From Lama glama (taxonomy: Eukaryota), in contig CM052818.1 of the NCBI GenBank assembly GCA_028534125.1, positions 1,614,001 through 1,678,000 on the forward strand: a DNA stretch of 64,000 bases, in the 5' to 3' direction. The notes below the pieces were generated by a model, which worked only from the letters and a program-made list of their open reading frames with translations, was not told the origin of the DNA and did not search any database. Both the position numbers and the translations under genes were made by a program. Shown in pieces: positions 27,102 to 39,494 of this stretch; position 1 is the first letter of the stretch; each line of letters opens with the position of its first letter.

Positions 27102-30100
27102 GCTATTGCTTAACGTATTGATTGTTCTTGCCTGAGTCTGTGTTTATCCTTAGAAAACAAATGGACACTGTGGTAGTAATGTAAAGCAGAAATGAAAAAG
27201 AGAATGGATAGTGGACTGTGAATTAGCAAAGCTCCGAAATGCTTTCTAGAGTTAGAGAAATGTTTAACAGTGAAAATAGGCATGTTAGCAATGATCACTT
27301 TGTTTTGAAATAAAGAATTAGCTTGAGGGGAGGTAGGGTGGAGAGTGATTGGAGGACAGTTCAGTAACTGATCATGTTAGGATAGTATAACAAATGCTCA
27401 TGTATGAGAGCATTTAGCTTTATTGAGTTATATGTATTGATTATAGACTTGAAAACCAAGTCTGTGTTTCATGCTAGTGTTAAAGTTAATAAGCTGTTTA
27501 ATATTTTGAGATTGAATAATGAGTCTGAAATGTCAACTAACTTATCCCAAATTAATGCTGCTAGTAAGTGGTGGAGATAAAAATTCAAGCTTGGGATTTC
27601 TTGACTCTGAGCTATCTTATTTTCACTTCATCCGTCCAGCTTTACTTCTCCTTGCCAATCTGCTGACCACTGAAACAAGCATTTCAAATGCTATCTTCTC
27701 AGACTCCAACTTAATTGGACTTTCAGCTCTTTGATTTTTTACACCTCCATGTTCAGCTAGTTGGGCTCTTAAAGTATCTATCTTGGCTGGGATAATTATG
27801 TTGAACCACAAGTTAAAAAGCATGCCCTGGCATCAACTCTCCAATATTTGAAGAGTTGGCTCCTGAACTACTCCTGTCTGACCTGTTTAGGTCTAGTTTT
27901 TATGTCTGGGATAACCTGTTAATGCTGTTATTATCTGGACCTGTTTTTGCCCAACTGTTCCAGTACAAGACAGTGTAAGATCTACTACTGCTTTTTAGGT
28001 GATGATTTACTGGAAAGATACAGATTTAGGATGTAGTACTGGGTAGAAGTACCAAATAATTCTATGAGTCTGTCTAAACTTTTTAACCTCATGGAGAACC
28101 TTAGTTTATTGATCTACAGGACAGAAATAATGCCAACTTCTTGGAGTGATTGTGAGAATTTAGTGAAATAACATGAGATGTCAACTGCCTAAGGATAGTG
28201 CATCTTGGCCATATAGTAGTTCCAAGAGACAATAGTTTCTTTCCCTTTACTCTGCCTTCTGATCTATAGTGTTGTCTCTGGGCATCTGCTTTGATCTTGT
28301 CCTCATTCCTTCACTGCACTCCCACTTTCATTGTTGAAAAGCCTTAGGGCTTCTCACAACTTTGATTTGCTCCCCCTCTGATTGTTCACATGGGGCATAC
28401 ATGTGACAATTATGTTTAACCCTATGGCTCGATGGTGGTCCCTGTTCCAGGTCTCCAGTGGGTCTAGTTGAAAGCATGCCATTTAATGTGGATTTCCTGT
28501 ATAATGTGACTTTTCTCTTTAGGATTCCTTATGCTTCCATTGCCTCTTTCCCACTTGGTCTCTGTGGTATTCCCTAACTTAAGTATTTCCATTTGTTGTC
28601 TTAAATCACCCATAGAACATACAAGCAACCATACAGATGAGGAACATTTTTAGAATGTGTAATATAATAGATCATTGTTTATTATTCTGTTATTTTTAGT
28701 TTATAAAATAGCATTTTAGTAAAATAAAATTTAGAAGATATTCAATCTCATAAAGTTATCAAAGACATAAAAATCATGAAATATCTCTTATTTAATTTGT
28801 AGAAAAATTTATAGTAGTACTCAGTGCTGGTGATTATGCAGTTAAGTGATACTCTCAGAGATGTCTAGGGACATTGTAAGTCAGGACATACCTTAGGCAA
28901 AGCAGCCTACCTGTGTTCCTCTTCATATCTTCATATATGCATTTTAAATCTAAGTATATTGACACTCCTCATTCTAATGGAGTAAAGAAATAATCTTAAA
29001 GGAATTATCTGAAGTATATAAAAATGCATGCAAATTAAAAAATTCATTGTGCTGTTATCTATTATATTTTTTTCCATTTAATGTCTACTACTTTTGTGGA
29101 AGGCCCTGTCCCAGTGAAACATATGAAAAAATATATTTAAAAAATGCTATAATCAGAATCTGGCATTTTCATGAAGATCTATATTACTCTGTGACATACT
29201 CTGTTTATAATGGCAAAAAAAAAAAAAAAAAAGGAAGAAGGAAAGAAACAACCTGAATATCCAACAACAGAAGAATGGACAAATACATCATGGTATACTC
29301 CTAAAATAGAATGCTGTTTTATAGAATAGAATAATTAAAGGAATAAACTACAACCATACGTATTTCATTTCAAAAAATTCACATTCATAGGGCATGATAA
29401 GTGTTCCTACAGTGCAAACTATTTTCTGTTTCTCGATTTGAGTGATGGTTATGTATGTGTTCTCACTTTGTGATAATTCATTTATCAGTATAATTAAGAT
29501 TTGTGTACTATTCTACATGTAGCCTGTATTTTAATAAAGCTCTTAGTTTGCAAAAACAAAAATAAAATCACATTCATAACACTGAACCAAAAAAGCAAGT
29601 TGTAGAAGAACATACTGTATAATATTATAGAAAATTTCAAATAAATAAGATAATACAATATATTGTTTCTTGTTCTATACTTGTCATATGGTATTTAAAA
29701 AATACAAATGGTAATCTTAATACAAGAAATGGTCACTCTGGGGAGAGGGAAGAAAATGATTTCAGGAGGTCATACAGGGGCTTCAACTATATTTGTACTG
29801 TTTAGGGGATGCATGAGCATTCATCATGTAATTCTGTATATCCTTCTGTATGACAAATATTTCATAATTTAAAAAAAGTATTCGCTGACTAATTGGAGAA
29901 CTCAGCCTTTTTAAAACTTATCCTGTTTTTCAGAATAGATGATAAATTCCTGAAGTAAAATGGATATATATCTAGAAAAAAATGACTATATCTTCCATGG
30001 TGTATAACTTAGACTTGGGACTAAGATATAATTCACTAGAGATAAAGCGTTTGAATCTTCTAAGAAGATAGTAAAACATTAGTACTTTAAAAATTTGCTT

Positions 30101-30644
30101 AGGGTTTGTGTTCATAAACCTCAGTGTTTATTATTTTTTGAAGAAGTGAAATTTATCCTTTCAACTTTTTTTTGAAAAAATCTTTTTGTTTTAAAACATT
30201 CTTTTCATTTTATATTTGTTAAATCATAAAGTAGTAAACACTTTGGTTTCTCGATTAGTTGGAAATTGTTGTTTACATTTGCTTTTTAAGAATTAATGGT
30301 AGTTTTGGAAGGGACTTTTTGAAATATATTCTCTGTAGAAAAGTTTAATTAAGATTTTGAATATTGTTTCTCTATTGTTGATTTAGGAAAAAATGCTTCC
30401 TGAATAAATACTGGGCTTTATGAATTTAAGCTGAGTAATACAGTGACATGACTTAGGGTGATGGAGCTAATATTTAGGATGATTGCCATCAGGTGCTATT
30501 AATTCCAAAATTACTTGAATGCAAGGGTTACCATGACGGAAGAAAACCTTAAAGAAATTCGTAACAGAAAAATAAGTTATTTTAATTTCTGTTGAAATTT
30601 CATTTTAATCCACCAACATTATGATTTACATTCTTGCATTTCAG

Positions 30645-30786
30645 GGAAAGGTGGCCCAGACAGCATGTATGTCAGCTTGCAAGCATTTAGCCACATCCTT
30701 GATGCAACTTTTGCTGGAAGCTGAAGTAAGACAGCTCACCTTGGGAGCATTACAGCAGTTCAATCTGGATGTCAGAGAATGTGAAC
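30645..30786 (+). CDS. EXOC6B: EXOC6B internal coding exon (142 nt, phase 0-1)
   Basis: Acceptor ttgcatttcag|GGA and donor GAAC|gtaag. Translates GKVAQTACMSACKHLATSLMQLLLEAEVRQLTLGALQQFNLDVRECE plus 1 nt and continues the frame of exon 706-885. Confidence 0.96.
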
Positions 30787-31289
30787 GTAAGACAGTGACT
30801 ATCTCTTTGCTTGTTTGTTTGACTTGTATATTCACTTCTGGGGAAAAGAAAGTTTTAGGCCTGTGGGGAGTTGGGCCTCATGGAGTCAAAGAATACCTAG
30901 ATGACAGAAATAATTTGTAACGTCTAGAAATAGAGTCTACCAGCAAGCTAACTGGAGCACCCAGAAGTGTCCAGGCCCATGTGTAGAACAGAGAAGATCC
31001 CTGGCCACATGGAAGTTAGCAATCTAGGGGAGGGATATGAGACAGACATGCATTTAATCCACACCAAAGAAAACCTGATTAATCCAAAGACTTCAAAAGA
31101 ATGCAGTTCCCAACCTTTTCTTTCTTATGTTGTATTTTAAAACTATTTTTTCATTTTATCTGCAAACTCTTCTTAGTCTAAGGAACAAATGGAGTGTGCA
31201 TTAATCAGTCAGAAATGCTTTTCTATGTCAGGGACTAACAGAAAACTTTAGACAGATTGATTAAAACAAATAACTCAACAAATCTTTAG

Positions 31290-31600
31290 CAAGAGAAACA
31301 CAAGCATATTACGGTCAGATTGCTAAAAATAACAATAAAAGCGAAAATCTCAAAAACAGAAGAAAAGACACATTACATAATGAAAAGCAATGATAAGAAT
31401 TACTGTTAACTTCTCAGAAACAGTGCAAATCAGAAGGCAGTAGAAGAACATCTTTAAAATACTAAGAGGAAAAAAGCCTATCAGCCTAGAACATTTTGTC
31501 TTGTGAAAAACATCCTTCAAAATAAAGGTAAAATATAGACATTTTTCAAACAAGCAGAAGTTGAGAAAATTTGTCACCAGAAGTTCTGCACCACAACACA
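31290..31600 (+). mobile_element. Old L1 ORF1 fragment; adjacent old L1 5' sequence on the minus strand at ~31780-32520
   Basis: ttctcagaaacagtgcaaatcagaaggcagt and aacatccttcaaaataaaggtaaaatatagacattttt are typical of the L1M ORF1 3' half. Confidence 0.65.
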
Positions 31601-34600
31601 TGTAAAAGTGCAGAAGTGACCGTGATTTCTGTGGCTGGATCACAAAACACAAGCAGCCCCCGTCTCCTTGGTTAGCAGTTGTGTAAAAAGCCCCACTACC
31701 AGAGGCCTCCAGGCTGCGAGGAAGCCTAAACCAGCTCACGTGCAGAGAACACATGGAGAAGCTCTGATACATGACATTTTAAATTTTACGTCGTGGGTGT
31801 TGTATTTTGTTGTATTCCTTTAAATAGTGCTGGGTTTTATTCTGACCTGCATTTACATTACTTGGTTGGATCTTTTCAAGGCTTGCTTTTATGTTTCTAT
31901 TGGGTTCAGAGCAGCCTTTCACGTAGGTCATATTTAACCCCAAATCTAAAGCAGTGCCATTTGAAGGGTTCTCCCCCATGCCTCAGGTATCTGAAGATCT
32001 TTCAGCTTTGACTGGAGGGAACCCAAAGTATGCCCAGCTCTATCAGAGCTCCACAAATTATTCTGCCTATTCATTTCCGGTGATTCTTTCTCCAGCCTTG
32101 GGTAGTTTCTTCTCACATATGCACAGATTAGTACTCAACCAAAAATTCAGTGGGATCCTTTTGTGCTTTTCCTGAGTGCTTTCTTTTGCAGCTCCCTCCA
32201 TCTGGTAACTGGCCCTGCAAATACTAGTTGCCTTGGCATTCTGGGCTGCAGTCTCTGACTTTGCAACTCAGACCACCATGCTTTGTTTGGGTTCCCCCTC
32301 TTTGCCTGCTATGCATCACAGCCTGGAAACTGCTGCTAGGCATGCTCACCTGGTCTGTTTTCTTTCTTTCAGGGATCACAGTCCTGCATTGACTGTTGTC
32401 TAATATCTAAAACCATTCTTTCAGATGCTTTGTCCAGTTTTCCATTTTTTTTTCCTTCTTCTTCAATGGGAAGATGAGTCCCCTTCCTATTACTCCATCA
32501 TGACCAGTAGCAGAATTAAGTGAATATCTTTTCAACTTTTTTTTAAATCAAAGTAGTACTTGCTCTTTGTGGAAATTCTAGGGGGGAAAGAAAAGTACAA
32601 AAGTACAAAAAGAAAATAAAAATCATCATAATCTTATCATGAAGAAATAAGTACAATTCCAGAGATTACGCCCAGACATAATATCCGCAGAAACAGAATT
32701 GTTTCTAGAAGCCATTCACTGGATTTCTTGTACCTAGTTAGCCAGAATTGTTTTATATGCCTCTGCCTTAACCAGTTATTCCCAGGAGAATGAAAACATA
32801 ATGACTGGCTAAACCAATCAAGATTGATTCTTGATGCTGAATACAAAGTTGCCCTTTTCTGTGTTTTCAGGACTAGTAGAGCATCATTCTGATAAAAAAA
32901 AAAAGGGGGGGGTGAAAGGCTTTGGAATAGGCAACCAGTCAATACCACTGGCTGAAGAGTAAAGTCTGATGAATATTTGAGGATGGCCTATGACTGCATT
33001 TTTGGTAGAGCCAAACGGTAAACAGGGATGGAGTGTGATAAGATACATGAGCTGAGAAGGAGGAGTAATGGTCTGGGAGAAGCACTGATAAATAAGGAAA
33101 ATGCCCATCACATAGCCTGATTCTGAAATACATTTTACGTAGAAGGATGAGCAGCTTCTACTTGAGAGAACTATTGGTGCCCTTAGCAGGGAGCCAGCTT
33201 TCAGCTGAGACTAAGAGGTAGAGAGAGATCATTTAATGAAAAGGTGGAAACAGAATAGTTTGTTAACTATGCAAAAGAGGTTCCGGAGAGCCAGTGTCTT
33301 CGCTGAAAAGCCATTCAGTGTTTGTAATAGCCTTTCAGACTTAGGATCAGCTTGAAGCCAACATTTGGACAGCATGGCAGTTCCTCGAATAACCATATTA
33401 ACACGGACATTTTTTCCCCGTGTATTGTGGAGCCACGAAGGTTCATTGATTTAGAGTTTAATGTTTCATTTCTGATTGGCATTAATTTGTCTGTCAAAAA
33501 ACTTTCCATGGACATTTATTTTACTTTAAAAGAAAGAATTCTATTCTATGTCTTTTGCTATACCACCCCCCTCATCTTTTTCTTTAGATGCTCAGTGGTC
33601 TATAAAAAAATCTTAAAGAAATGATACATAAGATTCACGGAACTATACAGAGGCGTATAAAAGCCGCCCCAAATGACAAGATAATTAACACTTTCATCTT
33701 TCTACCCAGTGGTGTATGCGTGAGGTATTTTTGCTATTGTCTGTAAGTCCTTGGAAGAACTGTGTAGGTCCTGAGAGAAATCAAACTTTGGACAAGACAG
33801 AATGTGAATATACATTGAGTGTTTGAGGCCCGGGCTGCCACTTTCTAAATCCCGTAGACACAGAGGAATGATGTGCACTCCCACAAGCCCAGGACCTTCA
33901 GCTAGTGTAATGTGGTTATTAGGAGCATAGGTTTTAGAATCAGTTCAACCACATTGACTCAAGTCACCATTTCTTTTTACTATGACCATGTGTAAGTTAT
34001 TTTACCTCTCACAGCCCCAATTATGAAATAGGAATAATAATAGTGCCTAATATTACAAGGGTAGGCTTAGAATTAAATGAGGTAACGCATGAAAGTGTTT
34101 ATTTCATGACTCGCAAAGTACTAAATATGCAATGAGGGGTGGCTTCTCCTGTTGTAACCGTTAGCAGCAGCAGTAACTGTTAATAAATATTTATCCACAA
34201 CTCTCAGAAGGTCTTTTGCAGACCACTCAAACCTTTGTCTGTAGTTTGGGAATCAGTTAGGTTTGGAGATGCTCTTTTATTTGGTGTAAGAAATTAAGTT
34301 TTGCTTCTTGGTAATTGTCTGCAAACTTCCGTGGATGTTCTGAAAGGTACCATCCAGAACTGGTGATTTTCCAATTTTCAGCTTATGCTTTTGCAAGAAA
34401 TCAATCAGTTAGCTCAGATGTTTACTAGAGACGGTATAAAGAAATTTTTGAACACCACTGTCTAATAAGAGTGTTGCTGTTGGGTGATTTCTTCCTGACA
34501 GGCTACCAAACCAAGCACCTTTAAGGTGAAGATTATGAAGAATTTAGGAGATGTGAAGGAAATACTCCTTTCCCTTTAAAAATCGAGTGACCTCTGGATA

Positions 34601-36910
34601 TTTCTGCTCTGTGTAGATTTCATCTTCCATCGCCACTCGTTTGTGTATCTTACATTTGCTTTTGGATATTGGAACACTGGATCTCAGCAGGTCTTAATGA
34701 CCTAATACTTAACCTCCTTGATAAAACTTGGGTTGCTGTATCATTCATGTACTAGGATGTTCAGTCAGTGTCTAGATTTGGAATTTCCTAAGCATTTACT
34801 TTGTATATTCTAAAAATAAGGAGGGCTTGATTCATATTCCAGTTCAACTACTTGTTAAAAAGCACGAATTCAGTAATCTGTTCATTTATTCGACAAATAT
34901 ATGTGGAGCCCCTACTCTGTGCAAAGTACTGTGCTGGAGATTGGAGGCAAACATGGGAAACCATTGATTTTCAATAGGAGTTGCTTGATTAGATTTGTGT
35001 TTCAGACGGAACTCTCATGTATCAGGAGCCTCGGAGGCCAGTTATAAGGCTGTTGCAGTAACCCATGTTAGAGAGGGTGTGGGAGCTTCAGTATATTGAT
35101 TCATTGTAATTCAGGCCATTGGAGTGAATGAGTCAGCTCATCAACCTCCCTGATCAGGTCCGTCAGTAAACTAGAAACGCTAATCCCTGCTGTGGTTGCC
35201 TCACAGTATTGTTATGAGGTCAGATGAGATGATTCATATAAAATCCTTTGTTACAGCCATGGAAATTTTATTTATCATAGTTTCAGTTATTCATCCATAT
35301 GCTGTCGCTTCTTTTTGTCTCTTATTTTCTTACCACTTCCATTGTTGTATGGTTTATGATGTTAAATACTTTCAGTGTTTAGTTATCTGCTCAGGTTCTT
35401 AAATTATTCAGAAGGTTGGCGTATTAAAGATGTAACATACTTAAGCCAAATCCAGGGGATATTTGTTTGCAAGGAAATGCAGCGGCAATTGCTTCTTTTT
35501 AAAATTAGTGTAGTCCATCATTTCCCAGGACCCATCAGTCTTTTGCACAGAACAGACTGGGTCCCTGTGCAGGAAGGTAGTAGAGTGCATCTTTGCCAAA
35601 TTCTCAATACTTTGATGGTTGAGTTAACCTAGACTTGGCTAACTATTTTGGAAAGATGCAGGGCTCCAAAGCCATCCATTTCACCCTTCTAACCTCACTT
35701 TACAGGTCAGGAAACCAGTGGGGAGAATCTGTCTAAACTCGGATTTAATGAAACAACTCTGGAGTAAATTCATGATCACAGTGCAGTATAAAAGAGTGTC
35801 AGAATACCTTTTGTCACTTAACTCCATAAGCCCCACTCTGACTGAAGGGTCAGATCACCTTTGCATCCCTAGAGAATTAGTTTTAGCTCCAAGTCAGGAT
35901 CTAGTAGTTACTAAAGAGTGTGAACATTTTCATCTCTGAATATATTCACTAAACTATATGGCCACAAGTTCCCTTGTGGTATAGCAGGCTCTCTTCTCAC
36001 TCAGGGGGGAGATGTTTCAGCAGATCTTAATCAGGCAAACTTTAATAGGCTTGCTTATGATTTTGCTGCTAGGGCTTCTTTATAAAGTGATCTCTCTGAA
36101 CCTTAAGTACCAGGCCCAAACAACTGCCGTTTGGGGTAACTTATTTTGGTTTTCTTCATTACTTGAGCCCAGCTGTCCTTGACTCTCCACTTCCATATAA
36201 TTAGTTATCCACCATTGGCCACTTCCCACAGGAGTCTGTCTTAGGGCTTCCAGCATTCGTTTACCAATCTCTTCTGATGTGAAGGAGACAGAAGAGAAAA
36301 GAGTCCTCAGGACCCTGATGAGAAACATAAGGGAAGCATATGTGACAGGTCTCACTGTCATTCTTCTCTTGCAGCCTTTGAAGTTTATATTTTGCAAAGG
36401 AAGATCTGCTCCTTAAGAATGAAGGCCATTCTAAACCCAGACTGGAACTGTCGGCCAACTAAGCAAACTGTTAAGTGACTACCAGCCAGTACATTAAATC
36501 AAACCTCTCCAATGAGATGCCCTACAGTAATTAATTTGTCAAGCAAGATTATGTTTACTCATCCTTGAATAAGTAGTACAAATTGCATATCCAACTCAGT
36601 ATTTTTTTCCTGAAATTCCCGAGAAAACTCTTACATTTCCTTCTGACTGTAATTCTCTTCTCCCCTTATTTTGCATATCACCCTTGAGCCCATGTTGTGG
36701 TTAGATCCTAGTCACAGGACCAGAATCCTAGGCATAGGGCAGAGCAGGGCAGAGTGCTGCTCTTCTCCAGCAAGCGTCCTGGAGAAGGCTGAGGGATCAG
36801 GGTTTCACAATTTTTCTTAGCACCCTTACATTCATCAGGGAAATGTGGTGAGATTATGAGGACAGCTGGTGTATCAGTTCACAACTTGAAAGATCAGTTT
36901 GTGTTCTTGA

Positions 36911-37129
36911 TGGTGCAGCCACTATGGAGGACAGTATGGAGGTTCCTTAAAAAACTAAAAATAGACTTACCATAAGATCCAGGAATCCCACTCCTGAGCA
37001 TATATCCAGAGAAAAATATAATTCAAAAAGACACATGCACCCCAGTGTTCACAGCAGCACTATATAGAATAGCCAAGACATGGAAGCAACCCAAATGTCC
37101 ATTGACAGATGACTGGGTAAAGAAGATGT

Positions 37130-37173
<44 letters not shown>

Positions 37174-37590
37174 GAATACTATTCAGCCATAAAAAAGAAC
37201 AGAATAATACCATTTGTGGCAACATGGATGGACCTGGAGATCATCATTCTAAGTGAAGTAAGTCAGAAAAAGAGGGGAAAATGCTATATGATATCGCTTA
37301 CATGTGGAATCTAAAATAAAGGACACAAATGAACTTATCTACAAAACAGAAACAGGCTCACAGATATAGAGAACAAACTTATGGTTACCAGGGAGTAAAG
37401 AGGGTGGGAAGGGATATATTGGGAATTCAAAAATTGCATCTCTTGGGGAGTGATGGAAATGTTAGCTATCTTGATTGTGGTGGTGGTTTCATGGGTGTAT
37501 ACATCTATCAAAATTAATCAAATTGTACATCTAAAATATGTGCAGTTTACTGTGCAGGAACCATACCACAATAAAGGTGTTAAAAGAAAA
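36911..37590 (+). mobile_element. Lineage-specific L1 3' portion containing (AC)20, joined at ~37425 to an older L1M 3' end
   Basis: ORF fragment MFTAALYRIAKTWKQPKCP...FVATWMDLEIIILSEVSQK; (AC)20 at 37132-37171; aataaa and A-tail near 37570-37590. Confidence 0.85.
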
Positions 37591-38658
37591 ATTTATACTC
37601 TTGATTTTCAGCTCACCCAGCTATCCAGCTGCAGACAGATGGGGATTATTACAGTCATGCCTCATGATGGTTCTGGGTTTTCTTGGATTCTTGAGGTATG
37701 CATTCTAGCAAGGACCAGGCTGCCTCATTTTTATTGTAAGTTGCCCAGCATTATTAAAAGCTGTCACATGAAAGCTTTTCATATCCTTCAGTTTCAGTGG
37801 GAACTTGTTCCCAAGTGACTTAAGATAACACCTTAATTATGATCTTGGCTGCCACATTCCACAGACTGTTGACTTCCCATCCTGGGAAATGAGAAGATAT
37901 ATTAATGCCCCTTTACCTGCCATCAAATCCCTGTTAACAAATCCAGACAGTCTACTTTATCTCTAAAGTCTGGTTTGCCTTAGTAATCTGTCTTAATTGA
38001 AGTATGTTAATTTGCAGGGAGCAAAAACCTATTCAAACAGTTTAAGAATAAAGGAGAGCTTATTTTGAATATATAGATTTCATAGGATCCAAGAAAAAAG
38101 TAAACAGCAGATCGTTTAGGTCACGGATCCTGTCTGCTCATTCCTGTCTCCTTAGCATCTAGCACTGTGCCCGACATATGGTACTTGCCTAAAAAGTATT
38201 TGTTGAATGGATAAAAATGAATCAATTAGCAACTACCTCAGTTTCTGGATCCTTTGGTCATCTCTGAAGAGGGAAGGGGTGAAGTAGGAAGTGGCTTGGG
38301 GTAGATGTCATGTGAGGTGAATAGCAAGACAACCAGGGATGCAGCTGGGATCCTAAGGAGTATTCTCTTAGAGGGATGTACAGTTGGCAACTTGAGTACA
38401 TATATCCTACCACCAACTTCTATCGGTTATAAAGCCATCTTTGCCACCAACAGTCAGTTCTCAATATATCAGCTGTATAATACATACGTAATAATTAAAA
38501 TCATAGACAGATTTGCCTTTGAAACCTGGATCTTTATTTTTAATAGTTTGGCGTCACTCCTCCTCTATACCTCGGTTTCTGTTATTTGTAAAATGAAGTT
38601 ACAATTAGACTATCTCATAGACTCATTGTGATGATTAAGTGAATATTTAATGCATACT

Positions 38659-39494
38659 TGTTACTGAACTCAGGTCTGACTGCTTGCCGCTCGAAAGCCA
38701 ATATTTGAGAGGCAAATGTTGGGAGGAAAGGAAAGGCTGCTTTATCCAGGAGGCCAGCAGCCTGGGGCAAAGGCAGGTCATGTCCAAAAGCCAACTCCCT
38801 GCTGCTGATCGGGGGTGGGGGGTGTAGTTTCAGGGGTCTGTAGGCAAAGGGAAGGGGCTACATGTATGGCAGCACAGTTAGCTCTGACAGTCATCTTGAA
38901 ATTGGTCACGCAGTGGTCTGACTGGCATCATCTTGATTGTTTTAAGTAGGGTTAATCTTCAGTTCCAGGATCGGTTTGCTCCCATTTTCTTGAGGCCGGT
39001 TCTCAGAATCGTGTAAATTGGAGCAGCTTAGGTCATGGCTACAGTCTGGTCATCATGTGGTTAATGTCTTCCACCTGGTGGGGATTTCTCTAGCTACAAA
39101 CCATCTCAAAGGATATGGCTCAGAATATCATCTATAGCCCTTGAGGAGGAACTGAAGGTCTTTGTCTTTATTTGATGACTAAATAATTATTTGGTCTTTT
39201 TTTGTATGGGAGGGGCTAATTAAGTTTACTTGTTTTTTCTTATTATTGTTTTATTTAATGAAGGTACTGGGGATTGAACCCATTACCTCATGCATGTTAA
39301 GCATGCGCTCAGCCACTGAGCTTTAGCTTCCCCCCTTTATTTGGTCTTGTTTGACTGCTTTTCCTTGCTTCTATATTTTCTCACTTCTGTGATTAAATTT
39401 GTTCTTTGGCCAAAGTTTTTCTACAGACAAAAGGCAGTCCGAGGACCTCAGGGATCTGTCCTGACAAGACCCTGTAGGGTCCTGCTCAATTTCA
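38659..39494 (-). mobile_element. ERV1-class solo LTR inserted in a MIR and interrupted by a SINE
   Basis: TGTTACT...TTTCA termini; 4-bp flanks tact/taat. Family and strand assigned by resemblance only. Confidence 0.7.
39199..39335 (-). mobile_element. tRNA(Ala)-derived SINE (Vic-1-like)
   Basis: Homologous to 26956-27101; perfect TSD ttatttggtctt (39187-39198 / 39337-39348). Confidence 0.88.

Noticed and set aside
30621..30920. 99-aa ORF as a standalone gene
   Set aside because: It is the EXOC6B exon 30645-30786 plus intronic read-through on both sides.
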